64,000 bases of DNA, from sequence record OQ722176.1, one strand, 5' to 3'. A program made the position numbers and the translations under genes. The notes beneath the pieces are model-generated. The model was not told the origin of the DNA and made no database searches. It saw nothing but the letters and a program-made list of their open reading frames with translations. The first letter of the stretch is position 1. Every line of letters starts with the position of its first letter. This document shows positions 10,641 through 20,621 of the stretch, in pieces.

Positions 10641-10674
10641 AAGGGTTGCTTCGGCAGCCCTTTTTGCGTATTAT
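10641..10674 (+). promoter_or_regulatory. Terminator-promoter fusion cassette
   Basis: AAGGGTTG-CTTCGG-CAGCCCTT hairpin containing -35 TTGCTT; -10 TATTAT. Confidence 0.75.
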
Positions 10675-10715
10675 AGCTACATCGAAACGACATCGACTAA
10701 CAAAGAGAGAACATT

Positions 10716-10910
10716 ATGAAAGCACGAATCAATCAAGGTTTTGGCAAATACACTGAAGTTGAAATCATTTCTCACGACGAAAACGCTGTAAATCGTCTTG
10801 GCAACAAAGACAATTTTACAGTTCGAGTTACTGGCGGCGTTGACTGTTTCGGTAAACCTGCTAAAATTGGTGCTGTTAAAACAGTCCAAGCATCTAACAT
10901 CGAATTTTAA
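10716..10910 (+). CDS. Hypothetical early protein
   Basis: GAGAGAACATTATG leader. Confidence 0.7.
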   Translation: MKARINQGFGKYTEVEIISHDENAVNRLGNKDNFTVRVTGGVDCFGKPAKIGAVKTVQASNIEF

Positions 10911-10921
10911 GAGAGAACATT

Positions 10922-11239
10922 ATGATTACATTCAAACGCAGAAACTTAATGGCTGATCACCCTGATTGTACACCAATTTGGGCATATGATTCAATTGATG
11001 CGCTTCAAAGCAAAGAACTTGACATGCGAATCAAAGAGCGTAACTTTTACAACAATGTAACTGGTGAAACTCACTCGACTCTACGCATTACTCGCGGTCG
11101 ATTTGATAAAAAGTGGGTTCTTCGTGCAACTGACCAAGATGAGCGTTTCAAGTTGTTAGTTGTAGCTGATGGGTTCAAGACAAAGAAAGAAGTCATTGAA
11201 TACGTAAATGACGTTTACTTTAACACAAGAGGGTTGTAA
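10922..11239 (+). CDS. Hypothetical protein
   Basis: GAGAGAACATTATG leader. Confidence 0.7.
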   Translation: MITFKRRNLMADHPDCTPIWAYDSIDALQSKELDMRIKERNFYNNVTGETHSTLRITRGRFDKKWVLRATDQDERFKLLVVADGFKTKKEVIEYVNDVYFNTRGL

Positions 11240-11240
11240 T

Positions 11241-11474
11241 ATGAAGCATCTAGAAAACGCATACAATGAAGCAAACACGCAGTTCAAGCAATACGGTGTA
11301 TGTAGTGTATTTCAGATTGAAAGTCTGATTGAAGAGCTTGAAGCTTCTGTACCGAGTAATGTATTTGTTAAAGCAGCGCGTAATGAACTTGATTCGTTCA
11401 GTGCTCTATCTGGTACTCGTACAACTCAACTGCTAGAAATCGCCGAGTCTATCGTGACTCGCTACAAGAAATAA
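11241..11474 (+). CDS. Hypothetical protein
   Basis: SD GAGGG. Confidence 0.6.
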   Translation: MKHLENAYNEANTQFKQYGVCSVFQIESLIEELEASVPSNVFVKAARNELDSFSALSGTRTTQLLEIAESIVTRYKK

Positions 11475-11482
11475 GGACAAAC

Positions 11483-12400
11483 ATGAAACTGATTGTGACA
11501 GTAGGCGTGCCAGCGTCTGGTAAAACAACATGGGCTGAACAATTCTGTGCAAACGGGAAATCAGTAAACGTGAATCGCGACGATACGCGACAAGAACTAT
11601 TCGGTCCCTTTAAGTGGGGCGAATACAAGTTCGAGAAGAAAAACGAAGAACTTGTGACGAAAGTCAACAAAGACAAAGCTATGCTTGCGCTTCGTCAAGG
11701 TAAAAACGTCGTTATCTCGGATACAAACCTTGTCCCAGAGCGTCGTGAAGAATGGCGTAATATCGCAAAAGAGCTTGGTGCTGAATACGAAGAGAAATTG
11801 TTTCATATCTCTTTCGATGAAGCATTTGCACGCGATAAAGCTCGTGAAATGTCAGTTGGCGGTAAAGTTCTAACGACTATGTTCCAGAACTACCACAAAA
11901 ACAATCGCGAACTTATTATCTCGCACTTTAAAGCTCTTCTTGAACCTCTTTGGGAATCAGGTACTGAGTTATGTGTATTGTCTGACATCGACGGTACAGT
12001 TGCAGAAATGCACAAAGGTGTGAAAGGTCGTCGTAGCCCATTCGAATGGCTTCGTGTTGAAGAAGATTCGCCTCGCGAAACTGTAATCGAAATGCTAGAT
12101 CTTTTAAGCGCACATTACCCAATCATCTTCATGAGTGGTCGTGATGGTATCTGTGAAGAGCATACGAGCCGTTGGCTATCGAAGCACATGCCATTCACAC
12201 ACTCAAGTGGCTTTGATTTGGTAATGCGTAAGAAAGGCGATTCTCGCCCAGATTGGGTAATCAAACTCGAATTGCTGCTAGAATTAGCAAAACGCGGTTT
12301 CCGTCGTCCTGTTGTGATGTTCGATGACCGTGATCAAGTAGTCAATACTCTACGTGAAGTAGGTGTTGAAGTGTTCCAAGTACAACCCGGTAACTTTTAA
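11483..12400 (+). CDS. pseT: Polynucleotide 5'-kinase/3'-phosphatase
   Basis: GVPASGKTT, NRDD, DIDGT, GRDG, FDDRDQVV. Confidence 0.95.
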   Translation: MKLIVTVGVPASGKTTWAEQFCANGKSVNVNRDDTRQELFGPFKWGEYKFEKKNEELVTKVNKDKAMLALRQGKNVVISDTNLVPERREEWRNIAKELGAEYEEKLFHISFDEAFARDKAREMSVGGKVLTTMFQNYHKNNRELIISHFKALLEPLWESGTELCVLSDIDGTVAEMHKGVKGRRSPFEWLRVEEDSPRETVIEMLDLLSAHYPIIFMSGRDGICEEHTSRWLSKHMPFTHSSGFDLVMRKKGDSRPDWVIKLELLLELAKRGFRRPVVMFDDRDQVVNTLREVGVEVFQVQPGNF

Positions 12401-12409
12401 GGTAAAATT

Positions 12410-12949
12410 ATGACTGAAGTATTAATCGCAATCGCTGCAATCGCTGTAGTGGCAATGTTAGTAACAATCGTTCTGCGTGCTCGTAAAGAGCAGAAAGAAG
12501 AAGAAAAGAAAGTTGTTCCTCGTAAAATCGTGACACAAGTCGAGACTCTACGTGAACGTGATGCACAAGCTCTACGTTCTCTAAACGGCTCTGCGTCTGG
12601 TGCTTCGAGCATGAAACCGAAAGTAACTCATACGTCGCGACATTCTGCACCGTCACGACCTAGCGTATCACGTTCTCGTCGTGATGACAGTGACATCATT
12701 ACTAACCCGCTTCACCCGTTGAATCCGATTACAGATCCGTTTGATGTGTACGGTAGCAGCGATTCAGTTCGCGAATCACGCCCTGAGCCAACGCCAGAGC
12801 CGACTCGTTACACTGAACCATCGGGTAGTTACTCGTTCTCTGGGTCTTCAGACAGTGGTTCAAGCTACTCAGGTTCGAGTGATAGTGGCTCTAGTTACTC
12901 AAGCAGTGACAGTAGTTCTTCATCATCTTCAGGCGGGAGCTTTGACTAA
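12410..12949 (+). CDS. Membrane-anchored protein with Ser/Gly-rich tail
   Basis: N-terminal TM; SDSGSSYS repeats. Confidence 0.7.
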   Translation: MTEVLIAIAAIAVVAMLVTIVLRARKEQKEEEKKVVPRKIVTQVETLRERDAQALRSLNGSASGASSMKPKVTHTSRHSAPSRPSVSRSRRDDSDIITNPLHPLNPITDPFDVYGSSDSVRESRPEPTPEPTRYTEPSGSYSFSGSSDSGSSYSGSSDSGSSYSSSDSSSSSSSGGSFD

Positions 12950-13458
12950 TGATTGTATCCGAGATTCGTGGCGACTTGGTCGCCACTCTCGCTCACGCGA
13001 TTGAAAACCCGACACACCAACGTACATTCATCATGGGTCAAGGTTGTAACTGCTTTATCACTCAAGGTTCTGGTATTGCAGGTCAGCTACGACGTTTCCC
13101 TGAAGTGTATAAAGCTGATGAAGATTACGGTCGTTATGGTGATCCTCTAAAGCTTGGTGAATTCTCGACTGCCATTTTCGATGATCACGGCACTGTTCCG
13201 CAAGCTGTAGTATTCAACATGTATACTCAGTTCAGCATGGGAACAACTGAGCGTCACGCTGAATACTCGGCAATCAAAGAAGCAGTAAAAGCTATCTGTG
13301 ATTACGAGTGTAACGGTGACAAAATTTACTTGCCTCTTATTGGTGCAGGGCTTGCAGGCGGTGATTGGGAAATCATTCGATACATCATCGACAAAGCAAG
13401 TGGCGATAAAGAAGTTGTGATTGTACACTTCGAACAAGGCACACTAATTGAGTGGTGA
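12949..13458 (+). CDS. Macro domain protein (Tk.4-like ADP-ribose hydrolase)
   Basis: GCNCF..QGSGIA, NMYTQF, PLIGAGLAGGDW. Confidence 0.85.
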   Translation: MIVSEIRGDLVATLAHAIENPTHQRTFIMGQGCNCFITQGSGIAGQLRRFPEVYKADEDYGRYGDPLKLGEFSTAIFDDHGTVPQAVVFNMYTQFSMGTTERHAEYSAIKEAVKAICDYECNGDKIYLPLIGAGLAGGDWEIIRYIIDKASGDKEVVIVHFEQGTLIEW

Positions 13459-13461
13459 TTT

Positions 13462-13632
13462 ATGTTTACTTCCGCATTTGTGTATAATTCTCTGATTTTT
13501 CTAGGGATTCTGACAGTAGGTGCAGTTTTTGCTTATACCATTGCAAAAATGGTTGACAAGAATGAGGAAAAACGTGTTAAACTACGTCACAAGCTCATAA
13601 GAAAACGAGCAAAGATGAGACTACCAAAATGA
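13462..13632 (+). CDS. Small membrane protein (56 aa)
   Basis: Manually read ORF below track cutoff; TM then basic tail. Confidence 0.5.
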   Translation: MFTSAFVYNSLIFLGILTVGAVFAYTIAKMVDKNEEKRVKLRHKLIRKRAKMRLPK

Positions 13633-13859
13633 GTTATGAAACAAACAGAAAACTTGCTGATGCGTTCGACTCATGGCGTGTAGTGCCTAGAATTTTAGTT
13701 GCGTTGTATTGCTACTTACTGTATACTACAGCAATATGGTTTATGGCACTACCTGATCCATCGGGAACGCAAGCTGCATTTGTATCGACAATCGTCGGTG
13801 CAGGTGCTGCGATATTCGGTCTTTATACAAATTCTGGAAGAGGAACAACAAATGGCTAA
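13629..13859 (+). CDS. Two-TM membrane protein (holin-like)
   Basis: Two hydrophobic helices, WRVVPR...GAAIFGLY. Confidence 0.55.
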   Translation: MSYETNRKLADAFDSWRVVPRILVALYCYLLYTTAIWFMALPDPSGTQAAFVSTIVGAGAAIFGLYTNSGRGTTNG

Positions 13860-14043
13860 ACTTCTATACAAGCACGAAGTTGACCACGAAATGCAACGAC
13901 GCGACGTGTGGTTAAAGGCATGGTGTCATACTGCAAATGCAAATGACTGTAAAGAAACATCCACCGCGACGAGCTATGCTGATGCATGTCTTGCTGCGTT
14001 TGACCGTCGCTTTGAGCGAGTTGAGGTAGTAAACAATGACTGA
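13852..14043 (+). CDS. Hypothetical protein
   Basis: SD GAGGA; coupled. Confidence 0.55.
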   Translation: MAKLLYKHEVDHEMQRRDVWLKAWCHTANANDCKETSTATSYADACLAAFDRRFERVEVVNND

Positions 14044-14434
14044 TAACGATATTGTACTAATGAATCCGACGATCATTAAATCGACTAAAGTCGCAGGTCA
14101 TAACTTCGGTACGAAAGTCATCGAAATTCTAAGTGACAAAATCGACGGTGATGACATGGACAATTTCATTGATTTCATCGTTGAAGCTGAATCGCGTGAA
14201 CGTGAGCACCCATACGTCGGTCATTTCTTTGGTGATTTGTTGATTCTCAACACTGCTGAAGATCGACACAACTTCGAAGCTCGTATGTCAGATGAAGATA
14301 TTGCCAATTTGTCAATTGAAATTGATGATGCGCATATTCAGTACACACAAGAGCTAATCATGTGGTACAAGCAAAAAGCAAGAGAGTTCTTCGATGATGA
14401 AAATCTCGAATTTGCTGAAGACAACACACTATAA
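14036..14434 (+). CDS. Hypothetical acidic protein
   Basis: SD GAGG. Confidence 0.65.
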   Translation: MTDNDIVLMNPTIIKSTKVAGHNFGTKVIEILSDKIDGDDMDNFIDFIVEAESREREHPYVGHFFGDLLILNTAEDRHNFEARMSDEDIANLSIEIDDAHIQYTQELIMWYKQKAREFFDDENLEFAEDNTL

Positions 14435-14443
14435 GGGGTCTTT

Positions 14444-14668
14444 ATGACATATCTAGAACAACTGCACGAGACAATCATTCAAGCGAATGAAAACTCTCTG
14501 CGACACAAAGACGGCAAAGCGTGGGATAATACCAAACGCAAGAACGCCAAGCGATATAAACCACGCGGTAAGTTCTTCAAGAAATTCGAGCGTGCCGAAC
14601 ACAGTCGTATTGGTAATTCTATTATCAACGATATTAAAAAACTGAAAGAAGCAATCCCGTCTGAATGA
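14444..14668 (+). CDS. Hypothetical basic protein
   Basis: SD AGGGG. Confidence 0.6.
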   Translation: MTYLEQLHETIIQANENSLRHKDGKAWDNTKRKNAKRYKPRGKFFKKFERAEHSRIGNSIINDIKKLKEAIPSE

Positions 14669-14678
14669 CGGGATTTTT
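14653..14678 (+). terminator. Intrinsic terminator
   Basis: AATCCCGTC/GACGGGATT plus T tract. Confidence 0.75.
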
Positions 14679-14688
14679 AGTTTTCGTC

Positions 14689-14694
14689 TAAATA
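14689..14694 (+). promoter_or_regulatory. Late promoter core TAAATA
   Basis: Directly after terminator, before 14722 gene. Confidence 0.6.
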
Positions 14695-14721
14695 GAAGAA
14701 ACAACACTAAAAGGTATCACA

Positions 14722-16164
14722 ATGAAACTGTTTGAACAATTTTATCAAGAAGTTCGTCTTGACGAAATCTCAGACCGTGCCAATATCGACATTGATTGGG
14801 ATTGGGGTCATGAGAACGGAACTGGCGAAACTTCAGCACGCTTCAATGCTGCTGGCGAAGAATTTAAAGTTGATGTAGACGAAAGCAACCCTGGTTATTT
14901 CACTATTTCTTTCCAAAACCGTGGCGGTTATTCACAAACTGGTCGTGCGGGTCACTCTGCGGCAGCGGTATTCTCTGGCGTCTTGACTACACTACGTGAA
15001 TTCACTGAGACGTACGAAGAAGAAATGGGCATGAAGCCGTATGAATATGACTTCAGCGCGGCTTACGAATTACCAAAGAATCACGAGTACTACGCACTGC
15101 AAAACAACCGTCGTGAAGCGCAACGCTTAGACGAAGAAAGCAAGAAAAAGCTACTGAAAGACTTGATCTCTCGTCCTATGCTTTACTACGCTCTATCGTT
15201 GACGTTCGGTAAAGAATACGGTTACTCAACTGACATTAGCGACCGTTGGCTTTCTCGCCTTGCCGCAGGTGCAAACGATTTCCGTTCTGTTCGTAAGAAC
15301 GTGACTCGCTCGATTCTGTCTATGAATGACAACGACGTTAACCAAGCATTGATGCAAATGAGCGGCTCAGTTGGATTCACGCTTACCAATGAGCATGAAC
15401 GCCCATCAAGCTATGATGCACCGTTCGGTCAAGCGAGTCTAGAAGACACGATCAACGATGCTGAACAGTGGCAGATTGAAGCATGGATCAATGACGGTCG
15501 CGAAGATGAGATCATCGAACACGCAGATTGGCAAACTCTAGTTCGTATCGCTGAATGGGGTCTGATGCACGATGAACTGATTTTCCATGATGATGAAGAC
15601 GTTCGAAACGCTGTACTTCGCACAGACTATGAAATGGGTGATAAACTAGCTACGTCTAGTGAATGGGAACATCGTAAGCAAGCTGCTGAAAATGGCTATG
15701 CTATCTGGGATCTTGTTCTTGACTCAGACGAAGACGTGCGCGAAGCTGCATGGGATTGGGCTATCGAGAACGACGACGCAGATACACGTATCACATATGC
15801 GAAACGCTACGAAGGCGAATTCGGTCGTTCGATGGCAGAAGACATTTGGGATCGCATGATTGATGATTCTGACGACTATGAAGAGCGTGTTTACGTTGCT
15901 GAACAAGGCTACCGTCTTGAAGAGCTAGTAGACGACCATGACGAAGATGTTCGCCAAGCTGCAATGAACTACTACTTCAATTCGGAAGGTTCTGAAGAAG
16001 CGGTTGAAGCAATTCTGCAACACGGTGATGCTTACCGAGAAGAGAACTTCGAATACATCATGAACGGTCACTTCGGTCCCGCTGCTGAAGCAAAAGCAAT
16101 CGAAATCGCTGAAGAAAACGGCGTTGATGTCTCTGAGTACAAAGACGAAGAAGACGAAGAATAA
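14722..16164 (+). CDS. Putative internal head protein with HEAT-like repeats
   Basis: MKLFEQFYQE N-terminus; repeated DEDVRxAA; very acidic. Confidence 0.6.
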   Translation: MKLFEQFYQEVRLDEISDRANIDIDWDWGHENGTGETSARFNAAGEEFKVDVDESNPGYFTISFQNRGGYSQTGRAGHSAAAVFSGVLTTLREFTETYEEEMGMKPYEYDFSAAYELPKNHEYYALQNNRREAQRLDEESKKKLLKDLISRPMLYYALSLTFGKEYGYSTDISDRWLSRLAAGANDFRSVRKNVTRSILSMNDNDVNQALMQMSGSVGFTLTNEHERPSSYDAPFGQASLEDTINDAEQWQIEAWINDGREDEIIEHADWQTLVRIAEWGLMHDELIFHDDEDVRNAVLRTDYEMGDKLATSSEWEHRKQAAENGYAIWDLVLDSDEDVREAAWDWAIENDDADTRITYAKRYEGEFGRSMAEDIWDRMIDDSDDYEERVYVAEQGYRLEELVDDHDEDVRQAAMNYYFNSEGSEEAVEAILQHGDAYREENFEYIMNGHFGPAAEAKAIEIAEENGVDVSEYKDEEDEE

Positions 16165-16169
16165 TGAAA

Positions 16170-16205
16170 AAAGGGTTGACAGTAGTCAGCCCTTTCGTGT
16201 ATTCT
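16170..16205 (+). promoter_or_regulatory. Terminator-promoter fusion cassette
   Basis: AAAGGGTTGAC-AGTA-GTCAGCCCTTT; TTGACA-18-TATTCT. Confidence 0.75.
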
Positions 16206-16235
16206 ACGTATAACAAATCAATTGAGGAAATAATT

Positions 16236-16490
16236 ATGGAATTGACAGAGATTTTCATCAACATCCCAACCGAGAATTATGACTCTGACGAGTTCATGAA
16301 TCGAATTGAAGCTGCGATTGACCGAGAAGACGTACATGGCGTATTTCTCCCGTTTACCCAAGGCATGAGTATTTTCATTGAAGAAGTTACTAACCCTGAG
16401 TTAGAACTATCTGAATATGAAGAATTCGTCGTTAGCAAGCTCGAAGCAGAGTTTGGCGACGAAATTGGCGACATTGAATTCATGATTTAA
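16236..16490 (+). CDS. Hypothetical acidic protein
   Basis: SD GAGGA. Confidence 0.65.
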   Translation: MELTEIFINIPTENYDSDEFMNRIEAAIDREDVHGVFLPFTQGMSIFIEEVTNPELELSEYEEFVVSKLEAEFGDEIGDIEFMI

Positions 16491-16501
16491 GAGAGGATCA
16501 C

Positions 16502-17131
16502 ATGCTTTTAGCTGACTACATCAAGCACGCAATGCAAGAATACCACACAATCTTCCCGACTCGTTTTTCGGTTCTAGATCATTTGTTCGCTACGAACGGT
16601 AACGGCATTGATTTGAAAAACGGTTACATCTATGATTACAACAATCGTAGCACTGAACCGAAGAAATTATTGTCTCGCGAAGACATCATTGCCGAAGTTA
16701 AAGACTCTTCTGAGCACAGTCTTGGTATGTATGCGCGTTTCATCAAAGAGCTTGGTGACGAACACCCAGAACTAGTTGAAAAGTTCAAGCAGAAAATTGA
16801 AGATCAGATGATCGAAGACGAGCGAACGGTTGAACGTCTATGCAACATCGACGAAGCGTACAAGATTCAACCTGATTTAACTAACTTGCACGTATACGGT
16901 TGGGGCGGGAGCAAACGCTATATCCCGATGTATAAGTTCGAGAAAGCGAAATACGAAGACATGGTTGAGCAGCTTGAGTACTTCAGAGACTGTATTGCCA
17001 ACGCAACGGTTCATGAATTGTCAGACGATGCGAGTCAAACTGATGATTATTACGCTCGTGCTTTAATTAGCTGGAAAGATAATCTAGATCAAGTAGATAA
17101 AGTCATCGAAAAGGTGCGCAATGCTTCATAG
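16502..17131 (+). CDS. Hypothetical protein
   Basis: SD GAGGA. Confidence 0.65.
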   Translation: MLLADYIKHAMQEYHTIFPTRFSVLDHLFATNGNGIDLKNGYIYDYNNRSTEPKKLLSREDIIAEVKDSSEHSLGMYARFIKELGDEHPELVEKFKQKIEDQMIEDERTVERLCNIDEAYKIQPDLTNLHVYGWGGSKRYIPMYKFEKAKYEDMVEQLEYFRDCIANATVHELSDDASQTDDYYARALISWKDNLDQVDKVIEKVRNAS

Positions 17132-17498
17132 ATACTCAACAAACAAGTTCATGAACATGGTTAATTACATGAGTTCTCAGTTTGTACCGGGAACAACGTT
17201 CTTAGGGTTCATGCCGATTACAGCGCAGCACGATACTTGGGGAATGACCGCCCCTGAGTGTGACCATCGTTGGTGCGCTGTTCACTTATTCGACACTGAG
17301 CAACAAGCAACACGCTCAGATGAAGAAGAACGCGAACAAAAACGTATTGACAAAGGTTACGAATGGTTGCTAGTCTTATATGGCATTGATAACACGTCGT
17401 ACATGAAGCGATTCAAGCGACGTGAAGATGCTATCGCTTGGTTTTTCAATCAAGAGTCCGTCAAGACCCTAGACGGTTTATTTTACTACAATAGCTGA
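17121..17498 (+). CDS. Hypothetical protein
   Basis: Overlapping ORF. Confidence 0.6.
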   Translation: MLHRYSTNKFMNMVNYMSSQFVPGTTFLGFMPITAQHDTWGMTAPECDHRWCAVHLFDTEQQATRSDEEEREQKRIDKGYEWLLVLYGIDNTSYMKRFKRREDAIAWFFNQESVKTLDGLFYYNS

Positions 17499-17506
17499 GA
17501 AAATAT

Positions 17507-18127
17507 ATGAACGTTGAACTAGCACTACGCGAACTTAATCAAGTTAACAACAAAGTTTACACTCAAATTGTAAACGAAGCAATGAAGCCAAGTATTCTTG
17601 CGATTTACGACCACATGCGTGAGAAAATCGGATACAACAAAGAAATCTGGTACGGTGACGCTGATGTTTACGTGTCGATTGAGTACGCTTTCGAGAAATA
17701 CCGCGAAGACCACGACGTACTCATCATCAACAACGTTGTATCGTGCTTTGACCGAGCTATCGTAGTTGCAGTCATCAATCGCGAAACACGTCATATTTCG
17801 CTTTGTAAGTGCGTTGAAGGGCAAGGTGTTAAACACGAAAGCTGGAACTTTGGTGATCATCGTGATTGGACAGTTGAGGGGCTTGATACACTACGTGACC
17901 ATAACTGGAAGTTTGGTTATGAAGATCTACGCGACGAATCTCTTGTGTTTCAGTTAGACTCGATTTGGGCTGATATTCGACCAGACAAACCTTATAACGG
18001 TTGGCATCGTTCATCTTACGGCTGTGGTTTTCATGTTGAGAATCTATTGTACGCAGAACGCGAAATCAGATGGGCATATAACTCGATTGTAGACGATGAA
18101 GCGTATACAATTTGTGGTGAAGAATAA
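17507..18127 (+). CDS. Hypothetical protein
   Basis: Long ORF. Confidence 0.65.
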   Translation: MNVELALRELNQVNNKVYTQIVNEAMKPSILAIYDHMREKIGYNKEIWYGDADVYVSIEYAFEKYREDHDVLIINNVVSCFDRAIVVAVINRETRHISLCKCVEGQGVKHESWNFGDHRDWTVEGLDTLRDHNWKFGYEDLRDESLVFQLDSIWADIRPDKPYNGWHRSSYGCGFHVENLLYAEREIRWAYNSIVDDEAYTICGEE

Positions 18128-18128
18128 G

Positions 18129-18153
18129 AAAAGGGGCATTTAGCCCCTTTTTT
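18129..18153. terminator. Bidirectional terminator
   Basis: A4-GGGGC-ATTTA-GCCCC-T6 between convergent genes. Confidence 0.85.
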
Positions 18154-19207
18154 ATGGTCTGTAGATCATGTGATTAGCACCCATTCGTTCCCATTCACCA
18201 CTGCTCATGCGTCTTTTCATTTCATCAAAGAGAGCAGGGTTAGCGCGAATGTCATCAAGTGGCAATGCAACAACACCTTCAGTTTTGTGAGCTAAAAGCT
18301 CAAGTCGATCAAGTAAGTCGGCAGACGTTCGACCATTGTATTCAAATTTACTGAACCAATAACCAATCTTGCTGAACTTAGTATCTCTGGTGTACTTCAC
18401 ATCGAATCCTTTCAAAGCATATAGCAAGCTACTTTCTTTGCCATGAAACGGCTTTTTGTATTCGCTGTGTTCAGCACCAGCACGTGCAAGCAATCGTTTC
18501 TTAGCATCGTCTGGTATATTGAACCAACCGTCAAAATTCTTCTTGAATCTGTTAATCCATGCTTCGGCAGTTGCGGGAGCGCCTTTAAACTGAGCCTTGG
18601 TGTCAGCTATTGCTTGTGCATATCGTGCGTTAATCTCATGAGAATAGTTCTGATATTCGTCGTGAGACGCTGTGTGACCGGTTTTAGCGTGTCGGATGAA
18701 CTCTTTATCAATGTAAGCTCTATTACGCCCTGAGTGTTGATACACGCCCTCTTCGTCGCGAGTCTCGAAGTCTGCTATATCGCCAGAACGCCAGTTGTCG
18801 TATGCATGTTGCAGTTCGTGTAATGCAGTGCTGTACATTTGGTCTTTCTTGACTCTGAACTTAGCCATAATCTGACTAACCGCAGTAACGCCAGTGATGT
18901 CTACGGTGATTTGCAAGTTACCTGCTTCGCCTGCTTGTGGGTCATGCAAAGCACCACGCCAAACGCCTAGTTCAGTTGGGTTTTGGTTGTCTAGTTTAAG
19001 ATACGCGACAATACCACGCGCAAGAAGTGCATCGAATTCAGATTCACCAGTTTTGATGTTCAGATTCTTGGTATTAAGTGCGAGTTTGTTCGGGTCGAAT
19101 GGTGGGCTACTTAGAGCAGCTTCTAATTGTGTCTCAAGTCTATCGACGATAAACTTAGATGCGTACTCTAATGCACGCTGCGATTGAACGCTTTCAAAAA
19201 TAATCAT
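18152..19207 (-). CDS. Putative zincin metallopeptidase-domain late protein
   Basis: ALHELQHAYD (HExxH) and HEINAR; CTAAATA upstream on minus. Confidence 0.6.
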   Translation of the reverse strand: MIIFESVQSQRALEYASKFIVDRLETQLEAALSSPPFDPNKLALNTKNLNIKTGESEFDALLARGIVAYLKLDNQNPTELGVWRGALHDPQAGEAGNLQITVDITGVTAVSQIMAKFRVKKDQMYSTALHELQHAYDNWRSGDIADFETRDEEGVYQHSGRNRAYIDKEFIRHAKTGHTASHDEYQNYSHEINARYAQAIADTKAQFKGAPATAEAWINRFKKNFDGWFNIPDDAKKRLLARAGAEHSEYKKPFHGKESSLLYALKGFDVKYTRDTKFSKIGYWFSKFEYNGRTSADLLDRLELLAHKTEGVVALPLDDIRANPALFDEMKRRMSSGEWERMGANHMIYRP

Positions 19208-19225
19208 CTTTTTTCTCGAATTCGG

Positions 19226-19254
19226 TTGACTGTATTACTTATTTAGGTTAATAT
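19226..19254 (+). promoter_or_regulatory. Early promoter overlapping a minus-strand late promoter (TATTTA 19240-45)
   Basis: TTGACT-17-TAATAT. Confidence 0.65.
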
Positions 19255-19284
19255 CTCTCTCATCGACACGAAAGAGAGAATATT

Positions 19285-19980
19285 ATGACTCACGCAGCAC
19301 GTAAATTTGTATACGACATCTTCCATGACGAGCTTAAAAAGCCGATTGTGAATTTAGACGTATTTAAAATCACAGGTTCAGATGGTAAGCCAGTTCTTAA
19401 CTATCTAACTAATCTGCACATACGCAAACAACGCTTTGTTATGTTTGTGAATAAACGACACGCCAAACAGTATGGTCGTTCTCATTGGTCGCATGACATT
19501 CGTGACGAGTGTGACAAAATCGAAGGTACTTGGTCAAGCGTAGCTAAAGAAATTATCAAACGCAAAGCTGAATACGCAAACTACGTGACTAAGACTTATC
19601 TTGATTACGACTACGGTGTTGAAGAGCCGACCCTTTCGATCATCGAAAAGATGTTGACCAAGCCGAAGCGTTTTCACGTTGCAAAGTACATTAATCACGA
19701 ATTCGTTATTAGTAATACTAACGATTCTATTGTACTGATTGACCGTGACACTAACGTGAAATTCGTTGCGAAATCTCAAGATTTTCGATATACTGGTGAT
19801 ATGATACGGCTTGCAACACCTGCAAACGTGTTTACCACTAACGAAGAGAAGGCACTTTGCCGTGCAATTGAAAATGTCGTGAATTCTCGCATCAACGATA
19901 TTCGCGCTAAGAAACGTGCGAAAGAAGAGAAACGTCGTCAATCAAAACGTCAACAACTATCTGAAGCATACGGAGCTTAA
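19285..19980 (+). CDS. Hypothetical protein
   Basis: GAGAGAATATTATG leader. Confidence 0.7.
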   Translation: MTHAARKFVYDIFHDELKKPIVNLDVFKITGSDGKPVLNYLTNLHIRKQRFVMFVNKRHAKQYGRSHWSHDIRDECDKIEGTWSSVAKEIIKRKAEYANYVTKTYLDYDYGVEEPTLSIIEKMLTKPKRFHVAKYINHEFVISNTNDSIVLIDRDTNVKFVAKSQDFRYTGDMIRLATPANVFTTNEEKALCRAIENVVNSRINDIRAKKRAKEEKRRQSKRQQLSEAYGA

Positions 19981-19982
19981 TC

Positions 19983-20375
19983 ATGGCATATCAAGTAATC
20001 AACGGTAAATTACGCAAAGTCAAGAAAGAAAAGCCACGCGACTACGACAAAGAATGGTCGAAAATGCACGAAACTGCCAAGAAGCAAGTCGAAATCATGG
20101 ATCGTTTTCGTGAACGTGAAGAAATCGACCGTCTAGGTACACGTGAACGTCATGAAGCAATGATTGAACTTGCACAGCGCAACGAGCGCAAAGGCAAGAA
20201 AGGTGGCGATTGCAACGTAACTCAGTGTCAAAAGCCAGGTGCAAGCTCTTACAATACAGCAATGCGTGCGTATTACTGTCAGTGTTGTGCTCAAGAAATT
20301 TGGCTAGCAGGTCAACGCGACGGTCGCGACTTCATTCGACCAACACCTGATTACACGTACAAGTACGAGGGTTAA
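19983..20375 (+). CDS. Hypothetical protein with Cys cluster
   Basis: CNVTQC...YCQCC. Confidence 0.6.
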   Translation: MAYQVINGKLRKVKKEKPRDYDKEWSKMHETAKKQVEIMDRFREREEIDRLGTRERHEAMIELAQRNERKGKKGGDCNVTQCQKPGASSYNTAMRAYYCQCCAQEIWLAGQRDGRDFIRPTPDYTYKYEG

Positions 20376-20378
20376 AAC

Positions 20379-20621
20379 ATGGAAGCTTCATTTGGTCTAG
20401 CGTTGTTCATTTTTACGTTCGTAATTGCAAACTTCGCGTCGATTTTCATTTGCCTATATGTTGCATACAACCGCAAATACAATATACCGATGATATTAAT
20501 CGTGTCTTATGGTTGCATAGGCACATTGATGATGTTACTCGTGGGATTTCTTCTGTACATCACTAGCAACATCGAAGAGTCAAATTTATGGAAGAAATTC
20601 GCTAAAATGAGAGAATTTTAA
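20379..20621 (+). CDS. Two-TM membrane protein
   Basis: Hydrophobic helices. Confidence 0.6.
   Translation: MEASFGLALFIFTFVIANFASIFICLYVAYNRKYNIPMILIVSYGCIGTLMMLLVGFLLYITSNIEESNLWKKFAKMREF

Noticed and set aside
16164-16235. Upstream starts given in the ORF track (16164, 23316, 42930, 54019, 55808)
   Set aside because: They run through promoter/terminator cassettes or upstream genes; downstream ATGs have SD sequences or translational coupling
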